Assembly (NCBI GenBank): GCA_963662665.2
Contig: CAXXJS010000010.1
Span: 1 to 64,000, forward strand
From: Candidatus Latescibacterota bacterium
GTDB taxonomy: Bacteria; Latescibacterota; UBA2968; GCA-2709665
DNA length: 64,000 nucleotides
Direction: 5' to 3'
Shown: one piece after another, positions 20,483 through 29,595 of the stretch
How positions within the stretch are numbered: the stretch's first letter is position 1
Layout of the letters: every line of letters starts with the position of its first letter
Notes under the pieces: generated by a model
Database searches by the model: none
What the model saw: the letters and a program-made list of their open reading frames with translations, nothing else
Told to the model about the DNA's origin: nothing
Program-made: the position numbers and the translations under genes

Positions 20483-21613
20483 ATGGAGCGATTCGGACAG
20501 CTCGAGCTGGACTACCTGGCGAAGGTGATCGCCAGCGGGACCCTGAACAGCAAGACCGGAAAATTCACGTCGCAACTGGAGGAGCGGTTCGCAGCGTGGG
20601 TAGGGGCCGAATACGCGGTGGCGATGAACAGTGCGATGAGCGTCCTGCACACTGCCGTGGCGGCGGCGGGCGTGGGGCCGGGCGTGGAGGTGATCTGCGA
20701 CCCGGTGGTCCATTTCGGGGGCGCAGCGGTAATGTATCACAACGGGGTGCCCGTATTCTGCGATATCGACGAGGATAGCTGGAATATGGATCCCGATTCG
20801 CTGCAGTCGTGCATCACGGAACACACGGGCGCCGTCATCTGTACGCCGATGTGGGGAAACCCGCCGGATTACGACGGGATTCTCCGGGTGGCTGAGAGCA
20901 ACGGGCTACCGGTAATCGAAGACGTGGCGCACGGTGTCGGGGGTTCTTACAGGGGCAGGCCCCTGGGAACGCTCGGGTCGATCGGATCCTACAGTTTCCA
21001 GGAGGCCAAACATCTCACCAGCGGGGACGGCGGCATGGCTGTGACGGATCGGGCCGACCTGGTCGAAAAAATGCTGGAAATGAGGATCATAAAAACGACC
21101 CTTGGCTGGAATTACCGTATGACGGAACTACAGGCCGGGGTGATGCTGGCGCAGATGGACAGGGCGGACGGTATAATTTCCGCGCACCACAAGGCGGGGG
21201 CGCTCTACTGCGAAGCCGCAAAAGAGACCCCGTGGCTGGTGCCTCAACGCGTGGCGGACGGATGCGTCCACGCCTATCACGGGGTCGCGTTTCGATTTGA
21301 AGGTGACCGCGATGGAATCCCGGTGGAGCGTTTTCAGACGACTATGGTCGAACACGGATGTCCGGTCTCGATCGGCTACAAGAGACGCTCTGCCGCGGAG
21401 GACCCGATTTTCACGGAGGTCCTGGCGTACGGCAAAGGGTGCCCCATCCGGTGCCCTCATTACAAGGGCCTTGCGCGCTACGGAAAGGGAGTGACGCCGG
21501 TGGCCGATCGCGCGGTGCCCCGCATGGTCGTGATGCCGATGGACGTGTATACGCCCGGAAAGACCGAGGAATTCTCGGAAAAGATCCACGCGGGCCTGAA
21601 AGCGCTTGGGTGA
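20483..21613 (+). CDS. DegT/DnrJ/EryC1/StrS PLP-dependent aminotransferase
   Basis: VIEDVAHG, YSFQEAKHLTSGDGG (PLP lysine), GWNYRMTELQA; AAGGAGG RBS. Confidence 0.92.
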   Translation: MERFGQLELDYLAKVIASGTLNSKTGKFTSQLEERFAAWVGAEYAVAMNSAMSVLHTAVAAAGVGPGVEVICDPVVHFGGAAVMYHNGVPVFCDIDEDSWNMDPDSLQSCITEHTGAVICTPMWGNPPDYDGILRVAESNGLPVIEDVAHGVGGSYRGRPLGTLGSIGSYSFQEAKHLTSGDGGMAVTDRADLVEKMLEMRIIKTTLGWNYRMTELQAGVMLAQMDRADGIISAHHKAGALYCEAAKETPWLVPQRVADGCVHAYHGVAFRFEGDRDGIPVERFQTTMVEHGCPVSIGYKRRSAAEDPIFTEVLAYGKGCPIRCPHYKGLARYGKGVTPVADRAVPRMVVMPMDVYTPGKTEEFSEKIHAGLKALG

Positions 21614-21774
21614 GCCAGGCGTCACGAACCTGGAACGGCCCTCGCTCGGAACGCACGCAGAGATGCGACACACGACGGAGGTCGTGCTGCCGATTGAGCG
21701 TTCCGCCCGGATAGGGCGCCCGGTTGAGTTGAATCGTTCGGAAATGTAGATGCGGAGGGAGAGAACGGCCGCGG

Positions 21775-22635
21775 TCAATGCCCGTGCTGCGCTTCCGTTC
21801 CATGAACGGCGCTGGATTCAACGAAGTAGAGGGCGTAGGCCAAACCGATTCCCACAAGAAGGGATGCGATGAGTTTGCCGCGGTCGTGGCTGTGGAAATG
21901 GATCTCAGGCAGCAGATCGCTCAGAGCGATGCACAGAAACGCGCCCGCGGCAAACGCAAGTACATAGCCTATGACCGAGCCGTCGTCCAGGCCGAGGAGT
22001 CCCACTCCCCAGAAACTGGCAAGAGCGACCAGCGGGCAAAGCAAGGCGAACGCGATATTGGCCGCGTTTCGCACGCGTGCGCCGTGGCCCGCGAACTTCA
22101 TCATGCCAATGATGGAATACGCGTCGAGCGGTTTGTGAAGAAGAATGGCGAGGAATACCCCGAGTGCGGGCAGCGCCCCGCCGTCTTCATGCGGCGAACT
22201 CACCCGCATGCTGGTGCCCAGGGCGACGCCTTCGGTTACGGTATGTACGCCCAGGCCCATGGCAACCCCTACCAGACTGCCCGAGTGTCCGCCGGCTTCG
22301 CCGTGGTCGTGATGATCGTACAGTTCGCCGGCTTCATTGCTGAAGTCGTGCTGATGGAATTGAAAGACGCGCAGCAGGAAGATCATCAGGATCATGCCGA
22401 ACACCACCCACGCGACGGCTTTTTCGACGTTTCCGGGTCCGGTAATCCGCTCGAGACTGTGAGGGAAGAGATGGTACATGGCAATGCCGAGGATGAATCC
22501 CGCCACGAGGCTCATCAGTATCTGAATCCTCGTGTGGGTCATGGACCCCAGAACGGCCAATCTCCCGCCAATAAATGAAACGGCAAAGATGCCGAGTGAG
22601 TACCCGATAATAATCAGTAGCCCGTCGTAATCCAC
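21775..22635 (-). CDS. ZIP family metal transporter
   Basis: VHTVTEGVALG, ILLHKPLD, AAGAFLCIALSDLLPE; His-rich loops HQHD..DHHDH and HFHSHD. Confidence 0.9.
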   Translation of the reverse strand: MDYDGLLIIIGYSLGIFAVSFIGGRLAVLGSMTHTRIQILMSLVAGFILGIAMYHLFPHSLERITGPGNVEKAVAWVVFGMILMIFLLRVFQFHQHDFSNEAGELYDHHDHGEAGGHSGSLVGVAMGLGVHTVTEGVALGTSMRVSSPHEDGGALPALGVFLAILLHKPLDAYSIIGMMKFAGHGARVRNAANIAFALLCPLVALASFWGVGLLGLDDGSVIGYVLAFAAGAFLCIALSDLLPEIHFHSHDRGKLIASLLVGIGLAYALYFVESSAVHGTEAQHGH

Positions 22636-22866
22636 AATAACCTCACCTCAATTTGGCTTGGGAAGCCGCACTGTCTTCTCCAACGCCTGCGCCCGAGCGG
22701 GGGCCGTCGTGACGACTCAGTTTCGCCAGATGCCAGAACGGAAATTCCCTGGAGAAACCTCGGGGTCGCACAATACGTTTCTTCATTGGAATTATTCGGG
22801 GGCAACCCCACATCCCGCACCGGGCTGCCCCCTTTCGATCATTTTCGCTTTCAGACCCGAAGCGCA

Positions 22867-23355
22867 TCAGAAGAAAAGCATAAGAAGCAGGATGCTGCTC
22901 AGCCCGCCCAGCATAAACCCGCCTATGCTGACCGCGCCCGAAACCAATGAATAATCGGCAATACGAAACGTCTGTTCGCCCAGGGTGAAGAGCACCTGGG
23001 TGCGATTGATTTCCCGATCCGCGAAATTTTTCAATGCCTCCTCGGCGCTGTGGGCCTCCTTTACCGAGACCATCGCGACAAGAATCATCGTCAGCGCAGA
23101 TGCCAGGGTCCCGGTTGCAAATACGAGCAGCGTCGTCAGGGCGATCCAGTGGTAGGCCGCGTCTTCGACTCCTGAAGGCGAACTCATGAATCCGATGACC
23201 AATGCCGCACCGCCCGCGTTGCCAAGCAGCAAAAGCCGGGCCGACTCGGTAATCAGCCTGAACATCGTGCCGCGACGCATATGGACAACCTTGTAGAGTT
23301 CGCGCAGCCACTCTTCGCCGATTTCTTCAACTGAAAATTCGTCCACCTTTTTCAA
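22867..23355 (-). CDS. Hypothetical membrane protein (about 3 TM segments)
   Basis: Starts 3 nt after the binding protein stop, GGAGG RBS, hydrophobic segments. Confidence 0.65.
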   Translation of the reverse strand: MKKVDEFSVEEIGEEWLRELYKVVHMRRGTMFRLITESARLLLLGNAGGAALVIGFMSSPSGVEDAAYHWIALTTLLVFATGTLASALTMILVAMVSVKEAHSAEEALKNFADREINRTQVLFTLGEQTFRIADYSLVSGAVSIGGFMLGGLSSILLLMLFF

Positions 23356-23358
23356 GGG

Positions 23359-24513
23359 TCAATCTCCTCCGAGATCGATCAGACGGACGTAGCGCGAACC
23401 TGAGTTGGTTCCAGGCTCGAATGCGAGCGTCCAATCGTCGATCGCTATCGGTCCGGACGACAACGCCCGCTGCAGAAAATACTCCCGCGTCAACGTCCCG
23501 CCCATGCGCTCCAGCACCTCGATGACGAAGCGGCCCAGAATGTATCCCTCGAGGGACACCTCGTTGACGCCGTAATTCCCGTCCGCCTCACCGCTTGCAG
23601 TGTCCACGGCCCCCATGGCCCGATGAAAGTTCCTGACCACCAGCATGCCCGTGTCGCGGGCATCGGGCATCACTTCGGAGACCAGTATTCTGTCGTTTGG
23701 CGCGTCAATCCGCTTCTTCAACTCGTAGGACAGAACAAACGAAAGATTGGCCATAATGTATCTGTGGCCAAGAGAGTGCGCCAGGTTGATAATTTCAGAG
23801 TTGGAGGCATACGCACCCACGATCATGATGGCCTCCAGGTCGGCCTTGGCCAGGGCGAACAGGCTGGCCTGGACGGCATGGGTGTTTCGGGAGAAAGCGG
23901 TTTTCGCCAGAATGGGAATTCCCTTGCCGTCGAGAATCGACTTGTAGTTCTTCAGGACGGAACGCCCGAAAGCATCGTCCTGATAGATAATGCCGAACCG
24001 CTTCTTGCCCCGTTTCCTCTGAATGTGATTTACCAGAACGCGGGTCTCGTCCATATAACCCGCTCTGAGGTTGACGACGTTTGGAAACCTTAGAGCATTG
24101 CGCAGGAACGCGGCGCCGGTAAACGGTCCCACAAAGGGAATCTTTGCCGTCTTCAGCACCGGCGCGATGCGTTTCGCCGTGGGCGTACCCACGCCGCCGA
24201 TAACGGCGAATACGTCGTCCTCGGAAGCGAATCGTTCCGCGTTGGCGGCCGCCAGATCTGGTTCGTAGGCGTCGTCGAGGGAAATCAGCTTCAGTATTCT
24301 GCCGTTAACGCCGCCGCCGCGGTTCGCTTCGAGCAGGGCCGCGCGAATACCGGCCCGATAGTTGAATCCCAACTGTCTGTTCGGCCCGGAAAAACATGCG
24401 CTCTGACCGAAGACAATCGTTGTATCGCTGACACCTTGCGCCGCTTGGGACGTCGCGACAGGCAGCAGGGCGAGCCAGAATACCCATAGCCCATTGACGA
24501 TGTGTGCCGCCAT
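23359..24513 (-). CDS. Periplasmic binding protein type 1 (Leu/Ile/Val-binding-like)
   Basis: Signal peptide; FGQSACFSGP, GGVNGR..LDDAYEP, GGVGTPT, IYQDDAFG. Confidence 0.88.
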   Translation of the reverse strand: MAAHIVNGLWVFWLALLPVATSQAAQGVSDTTIVFGQSACFSGPNRQLGFNYRAGIRAALLEANRGGGVNGRILKLISLDDAYEPDLAAANAERFASEDDVFAVIGGVGTPTAKRIAPVLKTAKIPFVGPFTGAAFLRNALRFPNVVNLRAGYMDETRVLVNHIQRKRGKKRFGIIYQDDAFGRSVLKNYKSILDGKGIPILAKTAFSRNTHAVQASLFALAKADLEAIMIVGAYASNSEIINLAHSLGHRYIMANLSFVLSYELKKRIDAPNDRILVSEVMPDARDTGMLVVRNFHRAMGAVDTASGEADGNYGVNEVSLEGYILGRFVIEVLERMGGTLTREYFLQRALSSGPIAIDDWTLAFEPGTNSGSRYVRLIDLGGD

Positions 24514-24543
24514 TCGCTACCCTCTTCCCGAGGCGTGTCACAT

Positions 24544-25944
24544 CTACTTCGACGTGGCGCCACCCTCCCCCTTCTTTCCCGATTTGCCGGCAGCCACGTT
24601 CTTCTTCCCCTGCTTGGGGCCGGCCTTCGTTTTCTTCCCGGATTTGACGCCGGGCGTTGCCTGCTTCATCGACCTGGCATCCTCCTCAGGGAGCACCTCC
24701 ACCATCGGCTTTTCCTGCTCCTGCCGGCTGAACCGTTTGCCACGCACAACGTGGCTATGAGAGAATATCGAAGGTGTGTCGAAAATGAGCGACCGGGGAT
24801 TGGCCACGTCCAGGTGATCGCGTTCCGCGCGCGCTCTGTGAAACTGCCCGTCGAGCGTGAGTTTGTCCTCATCTACATTTTCTATCCTGTGTATATTGGG
24901 CATTTGCGTTGACGATAACGCCATCCTGCCGGTCGCGGCGCCGGTTAACGAAGGTTGCTCCCCCAGGGCCAGATCGGCCGGCGTGAACCCCTCGCCAGCG
25001 CCGTCAATCATGTTAATGTCGATGGCCGACTGATTGGCCGGGTTGACCGCCGCCAGGCTCGCATCCGAAAAGATCCTTCGCATCCGATCCCAGTAGCGCG
25101 TGGTACGGACGTGTGAGGGCTGCCGCCTGTACTCCGCCAGCAGAGCCGTAAACGCCCCGGCGCTGCTTTTCGCCTGCACGACCCGTTCTGCTGCCCTGGC
25201 CTTTGCTTCCAGTACCAGCGCCTCGGCCTGTCCCCGGCTGCGCGCAATCAGCTGCTCCTTCTGGCGATTGGCGTCGCTCACCGCCTTCGCGCGCTCCGCA
25301 AATGCGTCGCTGACGTCCCTGAACGCTGCAATGGTTTCCTCGATGGGGCGCACGTCGACGATGTCGAGAGAAACGAGTTCAATCCCAACGTCGCGGTTTT
25401 CGAGCCACGCGGTTATCCTGTCGAACAGCCTGCTTTGAATGATGTTTCGATTCGAGGTCAGGATCAGATCAATGAAGTTCTCGCCCAGGACATCGATCAG
25501 TTCTTCCCGGGTGTAAACGGTCAACATCGCAATGGGATCGCTGGAGACGAACAGGAAATTCCCGAGATTATCGATCCGGTACTGAAGCGCAACGTTTACC
25601 TCAAGCAGATTCACATCGCCGGACAATATGGTGAAGTTGACCTTGCTGCCTTCCCTGCTGGATACCTGGTATCGGGTGACCCGCTTGACCTTGCGGATGT
25701 GCACCTGGTCGATGATTGGAATGCAATAGTGCATTCCGGGGCGGACATTGGCATTCACGACCCTGCCGAACCGGAGCACGACGCCGTGTTCTTCCTTTTT
25801 TACAATGTACAACCCGCTGGCCAGAATGCAGACGACAACCGCGGCAGCGGTCCAGACGATGATTCGCCACCGGTGTTTCGAGTAATAATCGAAGACGGCG
25901 TAGATGATCCGCGTACTTTGCGGCAATTGTGACTGTTCGCTCAT
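24544..25944 (-). CDS. HflK-like SPFH/band 7 protein with long C-terminal extension
   Basis: One N-terminal TM; GVVLRFGR..PGMHY, LSGDVNLL..QYRI, AFRDVSDA, coiled coil ARSRGQA. Confidence 0.85.
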   Translation of the reverse strand: MSEQSQLPQSTRIIYAVFDYYSKHRWRIIVWTAAAVVVCILASGLYIVKKEEHGVVLRFGRVVNANVRPGMHYCIPIIDQVHIRKVKRVTRYQVSSREGSKVNFTILSGDVNLLEVNVALQYRIDNLGNFLFVSSDPIAMLTVYTREELIDVLGENFIDLILTSNRNIIQSRLFDRITAWLENRDVGIELVSLDIVDVRPIEETIAAFRDVSDAFAERAKAVSDANRQKEQLIARSRGQAEALVLEAKARAAERVVQAKSSAGAFTALLAEYRRQPSHVRTTRYWDRMRRIFSDASLAAVNPANQSAIDINMIDGAGEGFTPADLALGEQPSLTGAATGRMALSSTQMPNIHRIENVDEDKLTLDGQFHRARAERDHLDVANPRSLIFDTPSIFSHSHVVRGKRFSRQEQEKPMVEVLPEEDARSMKQATPGVKSGKKTKAGPKQGKKNVAAGKSGKKGEGGATSK

Positions 25945-25962
25945 TGCGCTTGAACTCTGGTT

Positions 25963-26853
25963 TTATCGGGGCGAGGTCCTGCTGTTGAGGTACTTGAACA
26001 ACTCGTTGTCGGCCGGCAGCATCAACGTCGTATTCCGGTCGACAATCAGGTCGTAGCTGTCCAGCGCGCGGATGAAGCTGTAGAATCCCGGGTCCTGCCG
26101 GTAGGCCTTGCCCAGCAAGGCCATCGCCTCGGCCTCGGCCTTACCGAGAATGGCGGTTGCCTCCGCGTGGGCGTCGGCCATCAGCTTTTCGTGTTCGTTA
26201 ATGGCCAGGGCCTCGATACGCAGCGCCATTTCCTCACCCTCGCTGCGATACCGGGCGGCAATGCGCGCCCGTTCCGCGATCATGCGCTGAATGACGCTCG
26301 GCCGGTTCTCCGTGGGCAGTGTGTATTCAACGATTCCCGCCTCGATGACCTCGATGCCGTAGCTTTCTCTGGCAGTTGGCGCGATTCTGGCGTGTATTTC
26401 CCGCGAAGCCTCGTTCAGGTCTTCGTGTTCCAGCCCCAGCCCGATAAAGGAGTCCATAGCCTTGTTGCTGATGATAATCCCGCTGCTGGACAGATAGAGG
26501 TCCTGCAAGCGCTCAACGGCGTTCTTCCCGGTGCGGATCGCCTCAACGAACAGAATGGGGTCCACGGTCCGCCAGAGCAGGTACCCGTCGACGCGAACGC
26601 TCTTCTGATCGTCCGTGATCAGTTCGTGAGGCACGTCGGTCAGCGTATGAATGCGTCGGTCCACCTTGTAAATCCTGGAGATCGGGCGGGGCCACTTCAC
26701 GTGAAGCCCGGGTTGTCGCACCGGCGGCGAAATCCTGCCGAAATGCGTCAGTACGCCCTGCTGGGTTTCGTGGATAATGTAGATGCTGTCGTAGACGATT
26801 GCGCCGACGATCACGGCGATGGCCGCGGTCATTGTGGCTTTCTTGAGCGTCAT
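25963..26853 (-). CDS. HflC-like SPFH protein
   Basis: THFG..PGLHVKWP, ITDDQKSV, RMIAERARIAARYRSEGEE, DPGFYSFIRALDSY. Confidence 0.9.
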   Translation of the reverse strand: MTLKKATMTAAIAVIVGAIVYDSIYIIHETQQGVLTHFGRISPPVRQPGLHVKWPRPISRIYKVDRRIHTLTDVPHELITDDQKSVRVDGYLLWRTVDPILFVEAIRTGKNAVERLQDLYLSSSGIIISNKAMDSFIGLGLEHEDLNEASREIHARIAPTARESYGIEVIEAGIVEYTLPTENRPSVIQRMIAERARIAARYRSEGEEMALRIEALAINEHEKLMADAHAEATAILGKAEAEAMALLGKAYRQDPGFYSFIRALDSYDLIVDRNTTLMLPADNELFKYLNSRTSPR

Positions 26854-27010
26854 TGCCTTTCCTCGTCAGTAAGGGCGTCCGGGTCGCGTGTGTGAGATCG
26901 ACCCGTGGACCCGGTGCGACTCTGAATTATCGAGCGCCAACCGAATGGCGTGGAATCCGGCGCTCCGTCCCGGACATGCATTGCATGCCTTCAACTGCCG
27001 CGTTTACCGC

Positions 27011-29311
27011 TTAGTGGCCCTTCTTTCGGTGGCCGTCCGGCGGGTTGGCGCCGGATGCGTTTCTCTTCCACAGCGCGACCTTTTCGAGGCTCTTCTTGTT
27101 GGGAACGATGATCTTTGGATTGCCCGCCAACGCCGATTCCAGTTTTTCCCGCCACAGCATGTTCCTCAGTACGCCCGGCGCGGTTCTGACGGCCCTGGAG
27201 ACCGTGGATATCGCATCGGACTCAGCGGCCGCCGTCTTGACCCTCCGATATGCCTCGCCGTCGGCCTGCTGTACCTCCCACGCCGCGTTTCCGTGAGCCT
27301 GGGGCACCAGCGATACCAGGAAGCGCTGCGCGTTGACGATAATCCGCTCCCGGTCTTCCTGCGCGCTGGATACGTCCCGGAAAGCGCTCATGGTTTCCGC
27401 CACGGGGCTGACGTCCAGCAGGCTGACCTTGACGATTTCAACGGTTTTCAAAACCGAATTTGCGAAGTGCACGTCCACGTCGAAGGACCGGGTGAGATGT
27501 TCTTCGAGCGTTGCGCGATGCACGTTCAGCAATCTTTCGAGGTCCCGCGCGGATATGAAGGAACGCACGTGGGCCTTGACGACGTCGGCGATGACTTTCT
27601 GCGGGTCCTCCGTCCGATAATGATAGACGTAGGGATCCGTAACCCTGTATTGCACGTTGACGGTAAGAGATATCAGGTTGAGGTCGCCGGACACGTACTC
27701 TTCGGGCGTCTCACAGAGGATGGACTTCACTTCCCGTACCGGCCACTTGTCGACTTTGACGAAGGGCCAGGGGAGAAGATAGCTCAACCCCGGCTGGATG
27801 TCACGCCAGTAGACCTCCCCCAGAAGCCGGCCATAACCCACCGCATGGGGGGGTACGGTTGTGAATCCGCTGGCCAGGAACAGGACGAGGAGCAATCCCC
27901 AGAGCATCTTTCCCATTGGCGTGCCGGGAGAAATGATCCCTTTGAAATTACGCCCGCGCGTGAGGCGCTGCCAGGCCTGGGCCCACGTTTTCGACAGGGG
28001 TCGTATGTTGAGAAGCAGGTCCTCCCATCCGCTGCGGAGGGCGCCCGCCCGGAAACGCCAGACGATAAGCGCAATGAGAATAAGCGCTGATCCCCACTGC
28101 ATGAACTGTATCGCAGGCGATTCGGAGGGACCGAGGTACAACGGAATCGTCAGGCCGGCGGCCAGGAGCAGTGCGTCTACAACAATGCCGATGACGACCG
28201 TGACGGCGACGACGGCCGAGACGTAAATGGTGGCGAAACGGGCGCCAAACTGGCTGACGATGATCGCGATCGTTCCGGTATTGGTGGCCGGCCCGGTCAT
28301 CAGAAAAATCAGCGCCGCTCCGGGGCTGAATCCCTTCGCAACGAGGGCCGCGGCGATCGGCGTGCTTGCCGATGCGCAGATATAGAGAGGAACGCCGACC
28401 AGCACCATCACGGGATAGGAGACCCAACGGGCATATTCGTTTGTCATCAGGTCGCCCGGTATCACCAGGAAGAGCACCCCGCCCAGGGCCACGCCAACCA
28501 GCAGCGCGAAGAGGATGTCGTCCGCAATCTCCACGAAACCGTAGTGAAAGATGTGCTTCACCAGCTTTTTAAAATCGAGTGCCTGACCGCCCTCGGACGA
28601 ATCCCCCGGAGAAGCCTTTCCGGCCTCCTCCGCTTCCTGCGCTTCCCGGTAGAATGCGGGCTTCACCCAGGAAAGGGACTTCCAGCGGCCGGCCACCGTG
28701 GCGACGCTCTTCAGCCACTGCACGAAAAGGCCCTTCAATCGCGAAAAGCTGACGTAGCAGTCGTCAGTTTCGGGAATGAGGGGCTCGTGCGAACCGTGAT
28801 CGTGGTCATGATCGTGCCCGTGGTCATGGTCGTGATCATGTTCGTGGTCGTGATCGTCGTGGCTGTGGTCCGACACGGTTTCTTCAGGGTCGTTACGTAT
28901 CAGGCCGATACAAAAGATGCCGGCGACGACGGCCGTGATAAAGCTGATCACCGGACGCACCACCGCGGCGGCAAATCCGAAGAAGGCATTTGTGACCAGA
29001 ATCGAGTCCGCCCCGGTCTCGGGTGCGGTTATCAGGAACGACATGCAGGACGATCGGGATGCGCCCTTCCTGCGCATCTCGGCAACCACGGGCACAACGG
29101 AACAACTGCACAGCGGAACGGGTACGCCCACGGCCGAACTCACGGCTACGGATTTCAGGCTGTCGTCCTTGAGCCACCTGAGGATGGCCTCACGGGAAAT
29201 AAACACGTGGATCAGACCCGAGAGAAACAACCCCAGCAACAGCATGGGCGCCAGGAGTAAACCTGACATCCAGAGAAAGTCGAAAAAACTGACCAGCGTC
29301 TGCTGTACCAC
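27011..29311 (-). CDS. SO_0444/DUF318-type metal permease fused to a C-terminal HflK-like SPFH domain
   Basis: PLCSCSVVP, SFLITAPETGADS, His/Asp tract, PLYICASASTP, FLMTGPATN; then PGLSYLLPWP, SGDLNLI..QYRV, AFRDVSSAQED; GGAGG before GTG. Confidence 0.88.
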   Translation of the reverse strand: MVQQTLVSFFDFLWMSGLLLAPMLLLGLFLSGLIHVFISREAILRWLKDDSLKSVAVSSAVGVPVPLCSCSVVPVVAEMRRKGASRSSCMSFLITAPETGADSILVTNAFFGFAAAVVRPVISFITAVVAGIFCIGLIRNDPEETVSDHSHDDHDHEHDHDHDHGHDHDHDHGSHEPLIPETDDCYVSFSRLKGLFVQWLKSVATVAGRWKSLSWVKPAFYREAQEAEEAGKASPGDSSEGGQALDFKKLVKHIFHYGFVEIADDILFALLVGVALGGVLFLVIPGDLMTNEYARWVSYPVMVLVGVPLYICASASTPIAAALVAKGFSPGAALIFLMTGPATNTGTIAIIVSQFGARFATIYVSAVVAVTVVIGIVVDALLLAAGLTIPLYLGPSESPAIQFMQWGSALILIALIVWRFRAGALRSGWEDLLLNIRPLSKTWAQAWQRLTRGRNFKGIISPGTPMGKMLWGLLLVLFLASGFTTVPPHAVGYGRLLGEVYWRDIQPGLSYLLPWPFVKVDKWPVREVKSILCETPEEYVSGDLNLISLTVNVQYRVTDPYVYHYRTEDPQKVIADVVKAHVRSFISARDLERLLNVHRATLEEHLTRSFDVDVHFANSVLKTVEIVKVSLLDVSPVAETMSAFRDVSSAQEDRERIIVNAQRFLVSLVPQAHGNAAWEVQQADGEAYRRVKTAAAESDAISTVSRAVRTAPGVLRNMLWREKLESALAGNPKIIVPNKKSLEKVALWKRNASGANPPDGHRKKGH
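28787..28870 (-). repeat. His-Asp low-complexity tract within the permease
   Basis: Encodes DHSHDDHDHEHDHDHDHGHDHDHDHGSH. Confidence 0.9.
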
Positions 29312-29380
29312 TCAATGGCCTCCAGTGCATCGGATGATGCGAAGGACCGCCTGAAAGGCGGTTCAGAAACCCGAGCGGAA

Positions 29381-29409
29381 ATGATAATGACTATCAGATT
29401 TCAAGTCAA
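29381..29409 (-). promoter_or_regulatory. Sigma70 promoter overlapped by a Fur/Zur-type 7-1-7 box
   Basis: Minus strand TTGACT-N17-TATCAT; TGATAATGACTATCA at 29382-29396 is one mismatch from TGATAATnATTATCA. Confidence 0.8.
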
Positions 29410-29595
29410 GGACAATATAATATAGCATATTCCACCGCCCCTGCAAGGGGGCGATACACAGTTGAAAATGACGTGGTTTCGGCCGCCCGGACAGAACAGT
29501 TCAGCGGCAGGCGGCTCGCGGATCCGGGTCGCGCTCCGGGCTGCCGTTCCCGGCGACGTCGGGTGCGACGGTCTGGCGCAGGAACGCCGTTTGTT

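Noticed and set aside
24544-26853. Assigning the symbols hflK and hflC
   Set aside because: Family is clear, but the context differs from the housekeeping FtsH-modulator locus, so orthology is not established
26850-26981. 43-codon ORF between the permease fusion and the HflC-like gene, ending in an ATGA overlap
   Set aside because: No clear RBS and no recognisable features; likely chance
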